From assembly GCA_030619765.1 (NCBI GenBank), contig JAUXAU010000004.1:5717-69716 (forward strand): 64,000 nt of DNA, in the 5' to 3' direction. A program made the translations under genes and the position numbers. Positions within the stretch are counted from its first letter, which is position 1, and every line of letters starts with the position of its first letter. The notes beneath the pieces are model-generated. The model was not told the origin of the DNA. It ran no database searches and saw only the letters and a program-made list of their open reading frames with translations. Source of the stretch: Thermoplasmatota archaeon (lineage in GTDB: Archaea > Thermoplasmatota > E2 > DHVEG-1). Positions 51,391 to 61,502 of this stretch are shown piece by piece.

Positions 51391-52110
51391 TTATATCTTT
51401 GACAATTTACTTAATTTCTCTTCTGCTTTTTCAACTTTAGCTTTTAATTCATCTTCATTCAAATCTGGATGGAGTTTCATCATAAAATCGCAAAAATCGA
51501 TAAATGATCGTTGATCGATGTTTGCAATTCGAGTATAACTACCATCTATTGCAGCTCTACCGATTTTACCTGGAGTATAATAACTTACAATATCAAGATT
51601 CTTGTTATAATTTGCCATCAAACCTCGTTCTAAAAATGTGGCATATCCCACAACAACAGTGTCAATAAATTTTTCATATTCAACATATATTTCATGGGCA
51701 GTTAATTCAACGTTAAAAATATCTTCTTTAGTCATACCCTTTTTCTTTGGATATGGATGAGGAACATCGTCAGGCATTTCAGGTCTATGAGTGATCAAAG
51801 TTTGAAAAAAGCTATCTTTCATAATACCAGTATCTGCCACTTTAAATTCCATAAAATATGTGTTTTCTGGATTTTTAGAATCAATGATAAGGACATCTGG
51901 CATATATCTGATGAACTGAACATTCTTAGTATGAGTATCCTCTAAAAGTTTATGAATCTCCTTAGTTAGTATTTCTATCCCATATCGAAAAGCACAAAGG
52001 GGTTTAATAGTAAGAACTCCATCCAACATAATTTGCATCATTTCTTCTGATAATTTCGTTCTTTTATCAAACCCATCTGAAATCATTATACATTCATCTA
52101 ATATTTTCAA
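51391..52110 (-). CDS. putative PD-(D/E)XK endonuclease
   Basis: RYMPDVLII...FMEFK. Confidence 0.65.
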   Translation of the reverse strand: MKILDECIMISDGFDKRTKLSEEMMQIMLDGVLTIKPLCAFRYGIEILTKEIHKLLEDTHTKNVQFIRYMPDVLIIDSKNPENTYFMEFKVADTGIMKDSFFQTLITHRPEMPDDVPHPYPKKKGMTKEDIFNVELTAHEIYVEYEKFIDTVVVGYATFLERGLMANYNKNLDIVSYYTPGKIGRAAIDGSYTRIANIDQRSFIDFCDFMMKLHPDLNEDELKAKVEKAEEKLSKLSKI

Positions 52111-52203
52111 ATGATTTAAAACCTTTTAATATATACTTTTGACATTCTCATAAAAGAACTTATTAACATTCATTGGGATTATCTTTAGGGGAGCAACAAT
52201 AAA

Positions 52204-53148
52204 ATGGTCAATGAAACGATCATATCCGCAAACAATAATTATTCTGAAGAAAAAGAAATAGGCGAAAATAGAGTTGATCCAAGAAATAAACTAAATGAAT
52301 TAAACGGTAGAAACTGGATTAAAGCAACAAAAAGCATATGGTATAGCAGACCCCCTCGACGGGACGAACTAAAAGAACAACATCCTGCCACATACGCAGA
52401 AAGTGATATTGAGCAATTGATTAAATTTTTTACAAAAGAGGGACAAACTGTATTAGATCCTTTTCTTGGATCTGGTAGCACCTTAATTGCTTGTCACGAT
52501 ACTAAAAGATTTGGAACAGGAATTGAACTCATTGACAAATGGGTTGAAATTTCACAGGAAAGAGTTAAGCAAGTTGAAACTCAGAAGACATTAGATTCAT
52601 TTGCCATAGAGCAAGAAACAACTCAAAAAATCATTCATGGTGATGCTGAAGGGGAATTGAAAAAAATAGAATCAGAATATTTTCATTTCATTGTTACCAG
52701 TCCGCCATATTGGGGGATTTTAAATAAACCACTGGATCATAAGACAAAAAAAGAAAGAGTTGGGAAGGGTTTAGATGTTAGATATAGTGAAGATGAAAAA
52801 GATTTAGCTAATGTTGAGAAGTATTCAGATTTTTTAAAAGCATTACAAAAAACCTGGAAAGCATGCTATAGAGTTTTGAAGAAAAATAAGTACATGTGTA
52901 TAGTAGTTTCTGATTTCAGGCATAAAAATAGATTTATTCTTTATCATGCTGATATTACAAAATCTATGGAAGAAATTGGATTTATTCTAAAGGGAATGAT
53001 AATTTTAGTTCAGGACAGCAAAACACTCTATCCTTATGGGTATCCTTTTGAATATGTGCCAAACATCCATCACCAAAATATTTTAATCTTTAAAAAGGAT
53101 GAAAATAATGAAAAATTAAAGGATATTTCAAATGGTAAGAGAGGGTGA
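52204..53148 (+). CDS. amino (N4-C/N6-A) DNA methyltransferase, permuted motif order
   Basis: HPATY, VLDPFLGSGST (motif I) before VTSPPYW (motif IV). Confidence 0.92.
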   Translation: MVNETIISANNNYSEEKEIGENRVDPRNKLNELNGRNWIKATKSIWYSRPPRRDELKEQHPATYAESDIEQLIKFFTKEGQTVLDPFLGSGSTLIACHDTKRFGTGIELIDKWVEISQERVKQVETQKTLDSFAIEQETTQKIIHGDAEGELKKIESEYFHFIVTSPPYWGILNKPLDHKTKKERVGKGLDVRYSEDEKDLANVEKYSDFLKALQKTWKACYRVLKKNKYMCIVVSDFRHKNRFILYHADITKSMEEIGFILKGMIILVQDSKTLYPYGYPFEYVPNIHHQNILIFKKDENNEKLKDISNGKRG

Positions 53149-54694
53149 AGTTTGTTGCGGTGTTGTTAAATGGCTTGTTTCTAAGCAACAAGAACTAGAT
53201 CGAGAAACAGGTAATAAAAAACATCTAGCTTTTTGGGCAGATAAAAAAACCTTTGATGGAATAAAGAGGCATTTAGGGATTTCAAGTACTTCTAATTTAG
53301 ACCATACAAAAACTTCAATCTCTAACAATTTCAATGTCGATTCAGACCTACTGGAGAGGTGTTGGCTTGAAATTGAAGATATTAGGATCCCTTATTCTAC
53401 TTCAAGTGATGTTCTGCCAGATTTTGTGGCTCATATATTTGACACATCTTCAAATATTTCAGAGACATGGGCTATTGAGGCAAAACCTAATGATATAGCC
53501 TCCATTCAAAGAGGTTATTTCCAAGTAATTTCTCATGCATTAGGTGTTTCAAAATCATACATTGCCATTCCTAGTGATTTAGAGGAGGCTGTTAAAAATC
53601 TTTACTATTACAATTATGGTATATTATTATATGATCCCACAAATCATACAATTGAAGAAAAATCAAAGCAAATCATTACAAGAGCCAATCCAGAAATTAT
53701 GGGCTACCTAACTAATTATCTGAGAGATTATCATTTTAAGAATCCGTCACATTTTCAAAGTCCATATGGCATTCCTTTTAGAGTTTCAAGAATATCTATT
53801 AGTGCTCGGGACAGCCTTTTGGTGTTAGCATTAAAACTATATTTTGATCATAATACGGATAATATTACCAACAGGGAGCCAAAAATTTTTGATTTGAAAA
53901 GAATGAGTTTTATTGATAAAAATGAGAACATAACTGATGATGCAAAATTCTTTTTTGAGATACTAGAAAAATATATCGAAGAGAAAATTACTTATCGACC
54001 AAGGGGAAGAACAAGAGCAATAGTAAATTATTTTATTAATAGCATTCCTTCTGTACAAGGAATGAATTTATTATATGAGGGGAATCCTTTTGGAAATTTT
54101 GTTTCGAATATTTTACACATGTTCTTAATATCGAACAATAGCTTGAAAGAATTAATTGGATGGATTAAACAAGCGACAGAAGAATCTGGAGGGGAGCACC
54201 CTATTTTTTCACATGTATTTACTATAGGGCTTAAAAGAAACCCCCTTTTACTTAGAGATATGATGCTTTCTCCTCATTTAAACACTACCACTCCTACATT
54301 CCATAATCCTCTAACAAGAGGAGGGAATGTTTGTGTAAATTGTGATCATCAGGATAAGAAAGGATTTTGCTTTTGTACAAATATTAGTTTAGTAAATCAT
54401 GTTGATTTTCAGAAGAAATATGGTGATTTCATTGAGATCTGGAGAAAACATGTACCTTATGAGTTCTTTACTGATCCTGCCTTACACAAACGATTTATTA
54501 AAATTCATACTTATTCAAATGGAAGAGAAGTTGAAATATTAGCTCCAGGATTTGTCAAATGTCTGATTCATACTGATACAAATAAAACAACAGGTATACT
54601 AAGACATTCTAAAATCCTAGGTAAAGATGTTAGAAGCGGTATAAAAGCAGAGCTTTGCACTAGATTTGATCCTTATTATTTAGAAACCACATAG
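53132..54694 (+). CDS. putative restriction endonuclease (PD-(D/E)XK)
   Basis: LPDFVA...AIEAK....RG..Q; overlaps the MTase stop. Confidence 0.7.
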   Translation: MVREGEVCCGVVKWLVSKQQELDRETGNKKHLAFWADKKTFDGIKRHLGISSTSNLDHTKTSISNNFNVDSDLLERCWLEIEDIRIPYSTSSDVLPDFVAHIFDTSSNISETWAIEAKPNDIASIQRGYFQVISHALGVSKSYIAIPSDLEEAVKNLYYYNYGILLYDPTNHTIEEKSKQIITRANPEIMGYLTNYLRDYHFKNPSHFQSPYGIPFRVSRISISARDSLLVLALKLYFDHNTDNITNREPKIFDLKRMSFIDKNENITDDAKFFFEILEKYIEEKITYRPRGRTRAIVNYFINSIPSVQGMNLLYEGNPFGNFVSNILHMFLISNNSLKELIGWIKQATEESGGEHPIFSHVFTIGLKRNPLLLRDMMLSPHLNTTTPTFHNPLTRGGNVCVNCDHQDKKGFCFCTNISLVNHVDFQKKYGDFIEIWRKHVPYEFFTDPALHKRFIKIHTYSNGREVEILAPGFVKCLIHTDTNKTTGILRHSKILGKDVRSGIKAELCTRFDPYYLETT

Positions 54695-54741
54695 ATATAG
54701 AAAGTTTATTAATACCTAAGACATTTTACCTTGGGGGTTGA

Positions 54742-55011
54742 ATGGCAATAGAGCATAAGTTATTTGGAACTCAGCAGAAATATGGTTATGTATGGTGGAA
54801 TGCAAAGGATAATGATAAATTCAAGAAAGTTCTACCAAAGGAAAAATTTGTGTTATATTTTCATGAAAAAAAAGTTGGTGAACGCATGGTTGATTGGAGT
54901 AGACGTCGATTTATTCTTGGAAAGAGGGTCATGCGAGAACATTTGAAAAAGAACGATACCATAAAAATTTCTAATCCAACTGGAAATAAAGTTGTCATAA
55001 GCAAAAGATAA
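54742..55011 (+). CDS. small basic hypothetical protein
   Basis: SD GGGGG; co-oriented with the R-M genes. Confidence 0.6.
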   Translation: MAIEHKLFGTQQKYGYVWWNAKDNDKFKKVLPKEKFVLYFHEKKVGERMVDWSRRRFILGKRVMREHLKKNDTIKISNPTGNKVVISKR

Positions 55012-55115
55012 TCCGTAAAATCTGCGATGTAAACGAAACAGATAATCCTGATGGGATTTGCGATGATTGTAAGTTTTCGATAATTAGTAATGATGATATA
55101 CCACCAGATATATAA
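55008..55115 (+). pseudogene. decayed copy of the CxxC-CxxC microprotein at 61628-61735
   Basis: (I)IRKICDVNETDNPDGICDDCKFSIISNDDIPPDI*; ATG>ATA and first Cys>Arg. Confidence 0.7.
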
Positions 55116-55180
55116 CCAAAAAATTCCGTGATTTTGCTATATCGATTTTATAAGGAATATTCCTAATTTTAATTATGAAA

Positions 55181-55903
55181 TTAAAAAATTATGATTTGAA
55201 GTACAACCGGTGTAAGGCATCTCATAGCACTTTCATAAGCCTGAATATTTACATCAGATGACGTAAGTGGAAATTTTTCCTCCAATCTTTGATGATGTTC
55301 CTCTCCGATTTTCTCAATAATACTCTTGAGTTCTATACTTGATATACCAATGAGATTCTTTCCCCCAAAAAAAGAAATCATTACGTTTGTATTTTTCATT
55401 TTTTTTATTTTTGAAAGGTCTATCTCTTTAAAAGTTCCATCTCTATAAACGAAATGTTCAGAATTTGCATCCTCTAATACGTCTCTGCTCACTTGAGAAA
55501 ATTTCTTTATAAAATCTATATAAAATATTTTGTTTATTTTATATACAGGGGATTTCTTTAAACGTTCTTTTCTAAGGAATTCGATTTTATAATGTGTCAT
55601 CTTATTTAGAAGCTTGAGCATCTGCCTTTTTGAAGAGATGCTATTTGGATTAATTCTACCATCATCGATTAATTTCTTCAATCTCTCACGATTCTTTGAA
55701 TTTTTAAAAAATTCTATAGTTCGGTTCCAAAGTTTTAATTGTGATTGATTATCATTGTATATCAATTTATTAATATCTTTATCCTTGACCATAATCTGTT
55801 CAATTATTGCTGAAGTTAATGACGTATCATGAAATTCTTCAAAAAGGTGAAATAAGTCTTTATAATATGGTTTTGTCATTATATTCTTTTTTGTTATTGT
55901 CAT
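55181..55903 (-). CDS. hypothetical protein
   Basis: 240-aa ORF divergent from the RHH gene. Confidence 0.6.
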   Translation of the reverse strand: MTITKKNIMTKPYYKDLFHLFEEFHDTSLTSAIIEQIMVKDKDINKLIYNDNQSQLKLWNRTIEFFKNSKNRERLKKLIDDGRINPNSISSKRQMLKLLNKMTHYKIEFLRKERLKKSPVYKINKIFYIDFIKKFSQVSRDVLEDANSEHFVYRDGTFKEIDLSKIKKMKNTNVMISFFGGKNLIGISSIELKSIIEKIGEEHHQRLEEKFPLTSSDVNIQAYESAMRCLTPVVLQIIIF

Positions 55904-56003
55904 ATAAATTAAGATATATGGTGACCATTATTTATTTATTTTGGTGTTTTTTAGTCACTAAATTTAAAATATAATTAATTCATATTAGTATTTATTGATT
56001 AAC

Positions 56004-56123
56004 ATGAAAAAAAGAGTTGTATTCACCGTCGATAAAAAAAATCTTGAACAACTCGATGGAAAAAGAGGGCTAATACCACGTAGCACTTATGTAAATTACC
56101 TTATCGAAGAGCACTGCAAATAG
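56004..56123 (+). CDS. 39-aa ribbon-helix-helix (CopG-like) protein (not in ORF track)
   Basis: MKKRVVFTVDKKNLEQLDGKRGLIPRSTYVNYLIEEHCK*. Confidence 0.7.
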   Translation: MKKRVVFTVDKKNLEQLDGKRGLIPRSTYVNYLIEEHCK

Positions 56124-56167
56124 AATTAAACGAATAATTTGAGGAATTATCGAATGACTGGAAACAC

Positions 56168-56356
56168 TTTGTACGCACAAAAAGTCCAAAAGTACCTTTT
56201 TAGTACGCAAATCCCTCCTATAAGAGTAAGTAACGTAGTAAATAACCTATATTATATACGTATTATTTACTTAAAGTTCCTTACTACATTCTTTACTATC
56301 CCTCCCTATATCTGCGTACAACCAAACGCCTTTTTAGAAAATCATGCGTACAACCA
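56168..56356. other. origin-like symmetric repeat cluster
   Basis: GTACGCA x2 and TGCGTAC x2 placed symmetrically around an AT-rich core. Confidence 0.5.
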
Positions 56357-56374
56357 TTTTGTACAGGGGGTACT

Positions 56375-57136
56375 GTGAGCATCTACACCTATTTTACAGA
56401 TACAATAATACATACGATATTCCCAGACGTAAAGAGAGTTCGTCCCCTAAACCCAAAGGCTAATGCCACTCTGCTATACACAGAGGAACTAAAACAAATC
56501 ATTTACATCAGGGAGAGCAAGAATAAACAAGCATTGAGGATAAGGGATTTACGGAAGTACAATGAAAGGGCAGTCAGGAACATGAGACAGCTTATGAAAA
56601 ACAAATTTGGTAAAAAGAGGGGGATCAAATTATATAATGAAGCAGACAAGATCAATGTTCTTGTAGTGGAGAGAACACTCAATACCATATGGAGATTGCA
56701 TAGAGCGTTAAACCGCCTAGATAATTCCGCGACATACAACAAAAAAACGATTCATATGATATTTGACAAGACAAAAACAAAAATCCCAGAAGAGAAGATG
56801 GCATCGCTTATCTATAAAAGCTTGTACACTAAATTTGACCGATACAAGGAAAACATAGAAACCAGCATGAAAAAGAAAAACAAGGGCAAGGATAAAGACA
56901 AGCAGATAAAGCCATTCAATGAACTAAAAGAAAAGCTCGAATCCTTAGACTGGACAGTGAGAATGCTAAATCATGAATACTGCAAACTTGCAGGAAAGAC
57001 ACTGATCCCCAGAAAGCTAAAGTCAGAGATAGACTTTGAGATGGAGAGACTACATAAAGCCAGTATAATCAAGAACGATAAAAGCTCAATTAAGTATGAT
57101 AAAGAACCCTATAAAGCGAATACGGAGGTACAATAA
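56375..57136 (+). CDS. basic hypothetical protein (candidate origin-binding/Rep protein by position only)
   Basis: SD GGGGG plus GTG; K/R-rich; directly downstream of the RHH gene and repeat cluster. Confidence 0.6.
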   Translation: MSIYTYFTDTIIHTIFPDVKRVRPLNPKANATLLYTEELKQIIYIRESKNKQALRIRDLRKYNERAVRNMRQLMKNKFGKKRGIKLYNEADKINVLVVERTLNTIWRLHRALNRLDNSATYNKKTIHMIFDKTKTKIPEEKMASLIYKSLYTKFDRYKENIETSMKKKNKGKDKDKQIKPFNELKEKLESLDWTVRMLNHEYCKLAGKTLIPRKLKSEIDFEMERLHKASIIKNDKSSIKYDKEPYKANTEVQ

Positions 57137-57551
57137 GAAAATGACACCCAACCAACAATGGAATAACGACCATACAGCCCTTATCACAGCCTCTACGCTG
57201 CAAACACAGACACCCAAATCCCACACATCAAAGACCGACAACACCCCTCAAAACATGCTACAGAGAATCTTGTTAAAACAATATGAGTATGGTTTCAAAG
57301 ATGAACATTGGAGAGGAGAGAAAAAATCATTCGATTTGATAAAAAAAATTGAAAGGATAAAAAGAAAATTCAAAATATCGATTCTGTTTTGTACAGAATG
57401 TCCAATATTACTTTAAGCATTATAAGGAGAAAATAGAGAAAAATGCAATACTTTTCAATACTCTATAAAAATGTCCTAAAAGTGTCCTAAAAGTGTCATG
57501 TTTTTTAAGAATTAATGGAATTTTCGGAGTCTATAAAAAAGAGATGTTTAT

Positions 57552-57872
57552 TCATTCTTCCAATATTTCTAAGGTTCTTTTGTCCACCTTACAACTAAAC
57601 CAGTGTTCTGTTTCTCCATACCATAAATCCTGACGGTAATAATGTACTACTATGCTATAGTAACTTCCCCTATCCATACATTGCTCAGATACCACATTCC
57701 CATAATCAACATATAACACACCATATTTGTCTTTTAGATAAGCTATACCTACACCTAAGGCTATGTCCTTGTTTGGATCATATTCTTCAGGTTCCTGTGT
57801 ATTCATGCATCCACTCAACTCAATAGCCAAAAGCAGAATGATTATTCCAATTATCAATATCTTTTTTCTCAT
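57552..57872 (-). CDS. lipoprotein
   Basis: Lipobox LSGC after a hydrophobic signal. Confidence 0.75.
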   Translation of the reverse strand: MRKKILIIGIIILLLAIELSGCMNTQEPEEYDPNKDIALGVGIAYLKDKYGVLYVDYGNVVSEQCMDRGSYYSIVVHYYRQDLWYGETEHWFSCKVDKRTLEILEE

Positions 57873-57910
57873 TCTTATCTTTAAATAATAATCAGTCTAA
57901 TCCTATATAA

Positions 57911-57940
57911 AGTACTACTAAATAGGTAGTACTATTTAGT
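57911..57940. promoter_or_regulatory. overlapping palindromes, putative operator
   Basis: AGTACTAC/GTAGTACT and ACTAAATAG/CTATTTAGT between divergent genes. Confidence 0.5.
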
Positions 57941-57990
57941 TTAACAGTGGTATTTGTACTGATATATTGTTTAACTATCGGTAGATACAA

Positions 57991-58158
57991 ATGGCACTAC
58001 AAGGTAAGGGCACTATTTATCAGCACGTTAAGGGTAAGATGTATGTTTATATTCCATCTGTTGTCCGTGATGACAGTCAGTTTCCTTTTAACCGTGGGGA
58101 AAAAGTGAACGTTAGTATCCATGGAAATAGGCTAATTGTAGAAAAAGAAAAATCTTAA
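57991..58158 (+). CDS. 55-aa AbrB/SpoVT-like DNA-binding protein (not in ORF track)
   Basis: MALQGKGTIYQHVKGKMYVYIPSVVRDDSQFPFNRGEKVNVSIHGNRLIVEKEKS*. Confidence 0.75.
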   Translation: MALQGKGTIYQHVKGKMYVYIPSVVRDDSQFPFNRGEKVNVSIHGNRLIVEKEKS

Positions 58159-58413
58159 TAATTTTTAGACAACCATTTTAATTCTAATGAACAATGTCCA
58201 ATAAGTATCAAAATCACAATCAGTTTTCTCAGTATGTGCTTGTATAAAAGATCATTGAAATTACTCCTGTTGAATAGGAGGTAGAAAGCAGGTTTTTTAA
58301 AGAAAAAGATGGTTATTCAATATTAATCACATATTTTCCGGAATATCATCTGAACTTATAATAGATACTTTGCAATCATCGCATATCCCATTGGAATTAT
58401 TAAAGTCTATTAT

Positions 58414-59235
58414 TTATGATTTTACCAGTTCACGTAACAAGATTTTATCCTTCTCTGAATTCAATGCATGCATTTTTCTATGACAATTTGGGCAAAGGGC
58501 AACAGTATTATCGATTGCATCATCCCCACCCTGTGACAACCATTGAATATGATGACTCTCGAGAAAGGGTTCACCGTCTTTTTTGCTGAAAGGAGCAGCA
58601 TTCTTGCATAATTGACAAAAACCGTTTGCTCTACGTTTGACAAATTCTACAACATCTTGATTTCTATCGTATTGTTTGGAAATAACGTGTCGGACTCCAC
58701 ATGTTCTAGGTGCAGACTGGACTTTTTTCCATAATGATTCGTCTGATGATTTTTTTGCTTGTCTCTCTCTTATAGTTAGTTTTCTATGAAAAACGTCTTC
58801 AGTAATAATTGAGGATGTTGTATGGTCAATAAGTTTTAATGGAAAAATCCACACTTTGCGAATGTATTGTTTTACATCTGGTTGTTTTTCAACATAAGGT
58901 TTAGTAGCCAACATGACCCTACCTTGATAAACATATCTACCTGGGTCAAAAACCTCAAATAAAAATACATCCACTCCGTTAGTTTGAGATTCATTTAATG
59001 TTCTGTTTTGTGCAAAAGAGAGACTTTGGTCACCTGTAAGTCCCATACCTGTATAATGAAAAACATCATTCTCCCATCTATCCTCATAAATAGATTTAGT
59101 ATGATCTGAAACAATGACAAGACAGTTTTTTCTTCTACTTCTTCTCATCCCTCCTTGTGGACTACATTTGAATATCCGACAAATATCATCATTTCTTAGT
59201 ATATCACCTTGTTTTAGTTCAGGGTCAAACTCCAT
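58414..59235 (-). CDS. SRA/YDG-like plus HNH endonuclease (modification-dependent type)
   Basis: QGGMRRS, YEDRW..DVFHYTGMG..GDQ; CQLC...LESHH..WLS.GG.D...N.VALCPNCH. Confidence 0.88.
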   Translation of the reverse strand: MEFDPELKQGDILRNDDICRIFKCSPQGGMRRSRRKNCLVIVSDHTKSIYEDRWENDVFHYTGMGLTGDQSLSFAQNRTLNESQTNGVDVFLFEVFDPGRYVYQGRVMLATKPYVEKQPDVKQYIRKVWIFPLKLIDHTTSSIITEDVFHRKLTIRERQAKKSSDESLWKKVQSAPRTCGVRHVISKQYDRNQDVVEFVKRRANGFCQLCKNAAPFSKKDGEPFLESHHIQWLSQGGDDAIDNTVALCPNCHRKMHALNSEKDKILLRELVKS

Positions 59236-59328
59236 TCTATATTTCCTCCTCCAAATCTACAATTTTGTAATAATTCCTACTTTAAAAACAATTACACCGT
59301 TATTTAATTACAACTATTTTGAAAACAG

Positions 59329-60108
59329 TTAAGGGAATTTATACTCCAATCTTCCTGTTTTGTTATACTGTTCAATGAGATATAAAGCAGATTTTGGATG
59401 AACTTGAATTGAGCCACAACCAAGAAATTCCTGCAATCGTCTTCCATTACTGTATGATTGAATAAAGGGTTCTAACTTCTTTGGTATACTTGGCTTATAT
59501 TTTCCATTCAGTCTCTGTATCCCTACAAATGCAAATTTAGGAGAATTTTCAGATACCACTATTTTGTTTAAATCATCGAATAATGCTTCATAATAATCTA
59601 AACCAGCGGCGATTAAGACAATATCTTCTGAATTTGAGATATTAACTAACTCATGAATTGATTTAGGGTGAGAGGTCTCAATTATACCAGTATTACTAAG
59701 AAAATTCCACCACTGTTTTTTTACTTCGCCTTTATCTGAGCCATAAAAATAGTCCTGGTTATTTACTGAGTCATCAACTCCCGATTTGAACGTAGCATGA
59801 TAACCAGATATTTTTTCTTTGGCATTAATAAGACCAAATCCACAAGATACTATCCATAATTGACTTGGTCCATTAATTCCTCTAAATGCCTCCATTGATG
59901 CATTCCACATAGAGCCTTTGTATATACTCGATGCTTCAGGTAAAAATGTTGATGAATTCATATGATTGGTGAGAGTATTTTTCCATTCTTTAAATAATTC
60001 TTCAGTATCATTTCTAATTTCCTTTTGAAGTAAATTATCAATGGCATTCTTAACCGAAGGTCCTTCATAATTTTTGCTACCAACACAGGTGACTATTAAA
60101 TGAAACAT
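59329..60108 (-). CDS. DUF6884/YaaA-like protein
   Basis: IVTC..SK, A..IYKG, LWIVSCGFGLI...I..Y.ATF. Confidence 0.65.
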   Translation of the reverse strand: MFHLIVTCVGSKNYEGPSVKNAIDNLLQKEIRNDTEELFKEWKNTLTNHMNSSTFLPEASSIYKGSMWNASMEAFRGINGPSQLWIVSCGFGLINAKEKISGYHATFKSGVDDSVNNQDYFYGSDKGEVKKQWWNFLSNTGIIETSHPKSIHELVNISNSEDIVLIAAGLDYYEALFDDLNKIVVSENSPKFAFVGIQRLNGKYKPSIPKKLEPFIQSYSNGRRLQEFLGCGSIQVHPKSALYLIEQYNKTGRLEYKFP

Positions 60109-60122
60109 AGAATAATCCCCCC

Positions 60123-60530
60123 CTAATGCTCCAATTTGTCCAGGATTAAATAATACCTTAATCCTCTACCAACTTTTCTTGATTCGATATAAGGCTGCTT
60201 TGAAATGAGTGTGAATGAAACTGCGGTATGCCTATTTTGCCCACCATGTAAATCCTTCTGCAAGTATCCTGCTGAAATATATTTTGGATTTTGTAAATCT
60301 CTGAATATATCTACAAAATCTCCCGTTGGTATATCCTCAAAAGGAAGTTTGCTATCCTCTCTTTCAACACGAATATGGGAGCCTGTTACACCTTTTACCC
60401 AAAACCGTTTCCTTTGAGAGTTCGTATACATCTCGGTAGCATTTTCACGGATTTTCCGCTCAACAAAATCTTTAACATCGTTCCAAAGGCGTTCATTATC
60501 AATATTTCTTTCCATTTTATCTGCTCCCAA
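60123..60530 (-). CDS. hypothetical protein
   Basis: Operonic overlap with the upstream gene. Confidence 0.65.
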   Translation of the reverse strand: MGADKMERNIDNERLWNDVKDFVERKIRENATEMYTNSQRKRFWVKGVTGSHIRVEREDSKLPFEDIPTGDFVDIFRDLQNPKYISAGYLQKDLHGGQNRHTAVSFTLISKQPYIESRKVGRGLRYYLILDKLEH

Positions 60531-61233
60531 CCCATTCTTTTGTTTTAGTTATAGCGTTTGAGATGGTTATTTTATCCTTTTCATTTATTTCATCATCCAT
60601 AAGATGCTGCACCAACCATAAGCCACTTTCCTTAATTTTCTGAATGGGCGAATAATTTCCCAACCAGTTATTCGATGGTCTGCAAAAAGCACAACTTGCT
60701 ACAGTCCCAATAAGTGAACTTTCTAACCCCGTGCCACCCATTCTTTTTATCTGACTATCCATCATGATGAATTTAAAGGAAAAATTCTCCCTTAATATCT
60801 GCGTGACCTCTGATTCAATTGTCTTCTCTTTCTGAATATCTCGAAGATGCCCATAACGCTCTCGATTCTCTCTCGGTGTAAAATCTATCTCCCAGATTTC
60901 CAAATAATCATCCTTCTCTTTATTTAACAATGACCGCCCTATATTTTTTCTAAAGATGCTTCTATCCTTTGGTGCCGCTTTCATCTGATTAAAACTCATT
61001 TTCCTATCGTTAAACAAAAAGTGGTCGTTTATCCTGCTTCTAAAATTGTTCCCTTTGTGCGTTCCAATTCTAACCATTCTTGGTAAATTGCCACCATGTC
61101 CCCAATTTTCTCCGTCCTCATAGAAAAAGTAGATGCCGTTTTGCGGTAAATCCTCTAAACAGAATGGATATTTAAAAATCGGCAATGCTTTTAATTGACG
61201 ATGTAGCCATTCACAACTATTCGTAATTACCAT
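60517..61233 (-). CDS. GIY-YIG-like nuclease
   Basis: NGIYFFYE...VRIGTH....FRSRI.DH, LE..LI. Confidence 0.65.
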   Translation of the reverse strand: MVITNSCEWLHRQLKALPIFKYPFCLEDLPQNGIYFFYEDGENWGHGGNLPRMVRIGTHKGNNFRSRINDHFLFNDRKMSFNQMKAAPKDRSIFRKNIGRSLLNKEKDDYLEIWEIDFTPRENRERYGHLRDIQKEKTIESEVTQILRENFSFKFIMMDSQIKRMGGTGLESSLIGTVASCAFCRPSNNWLGNYSPIQKIKESGLWLVQHLMDDEINEKDKITISNAITKTKEWVGSR

Positions 61234-61502
61234 TCTCCATTTGATATTCTTTCATCGTGTAAGACAGCCCATAAATAAGATGGACCTCTCACTATCTGGG
61301 AAATCTGACCAGGTCCACTAATGGGCAACAGTTTAGAGGCTTTCTTAATATCAACCTTCGATATAGCGTATTCAGTTCTACTTGGAATAAACATGTTTCC
61401 TACTATCTTATATGTAAATGGTAATCCCCTTTTTGTGAAAAACTCTTCTCCAGCATGTTCTATAATTCGACCCCATACCTCTTCAAAAGATGTATTTGAT
61501 AT
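61227..61502 (-). CDS. 91-aa protein with non-ATG (ATA) start (not in ORF track)
   Basis: SD AGGAGGT upstream; ...FEEVWGRIIEHAGEEFFTKRGLPFTY...RGPSYLWAVLHDERI...; stop overlaps the next ATG (ATGGTAA). Confidence 0.7.
   Translation of the reverse strand: MSNTSFEEVWGRIIEHAGEEFFTKRGLPFTYKIVGNMFIPSRTEYAISKVDIKKASKLLPISGPGQISQIVRGPSYLWAVLHDERISNGEW

Noticed and set aside
57472-57497. Tandem TGTCCTAAAAG repeat
   Set aside because: About 2.4 copies; compatible with simple slippage and has no partner site that I could find.
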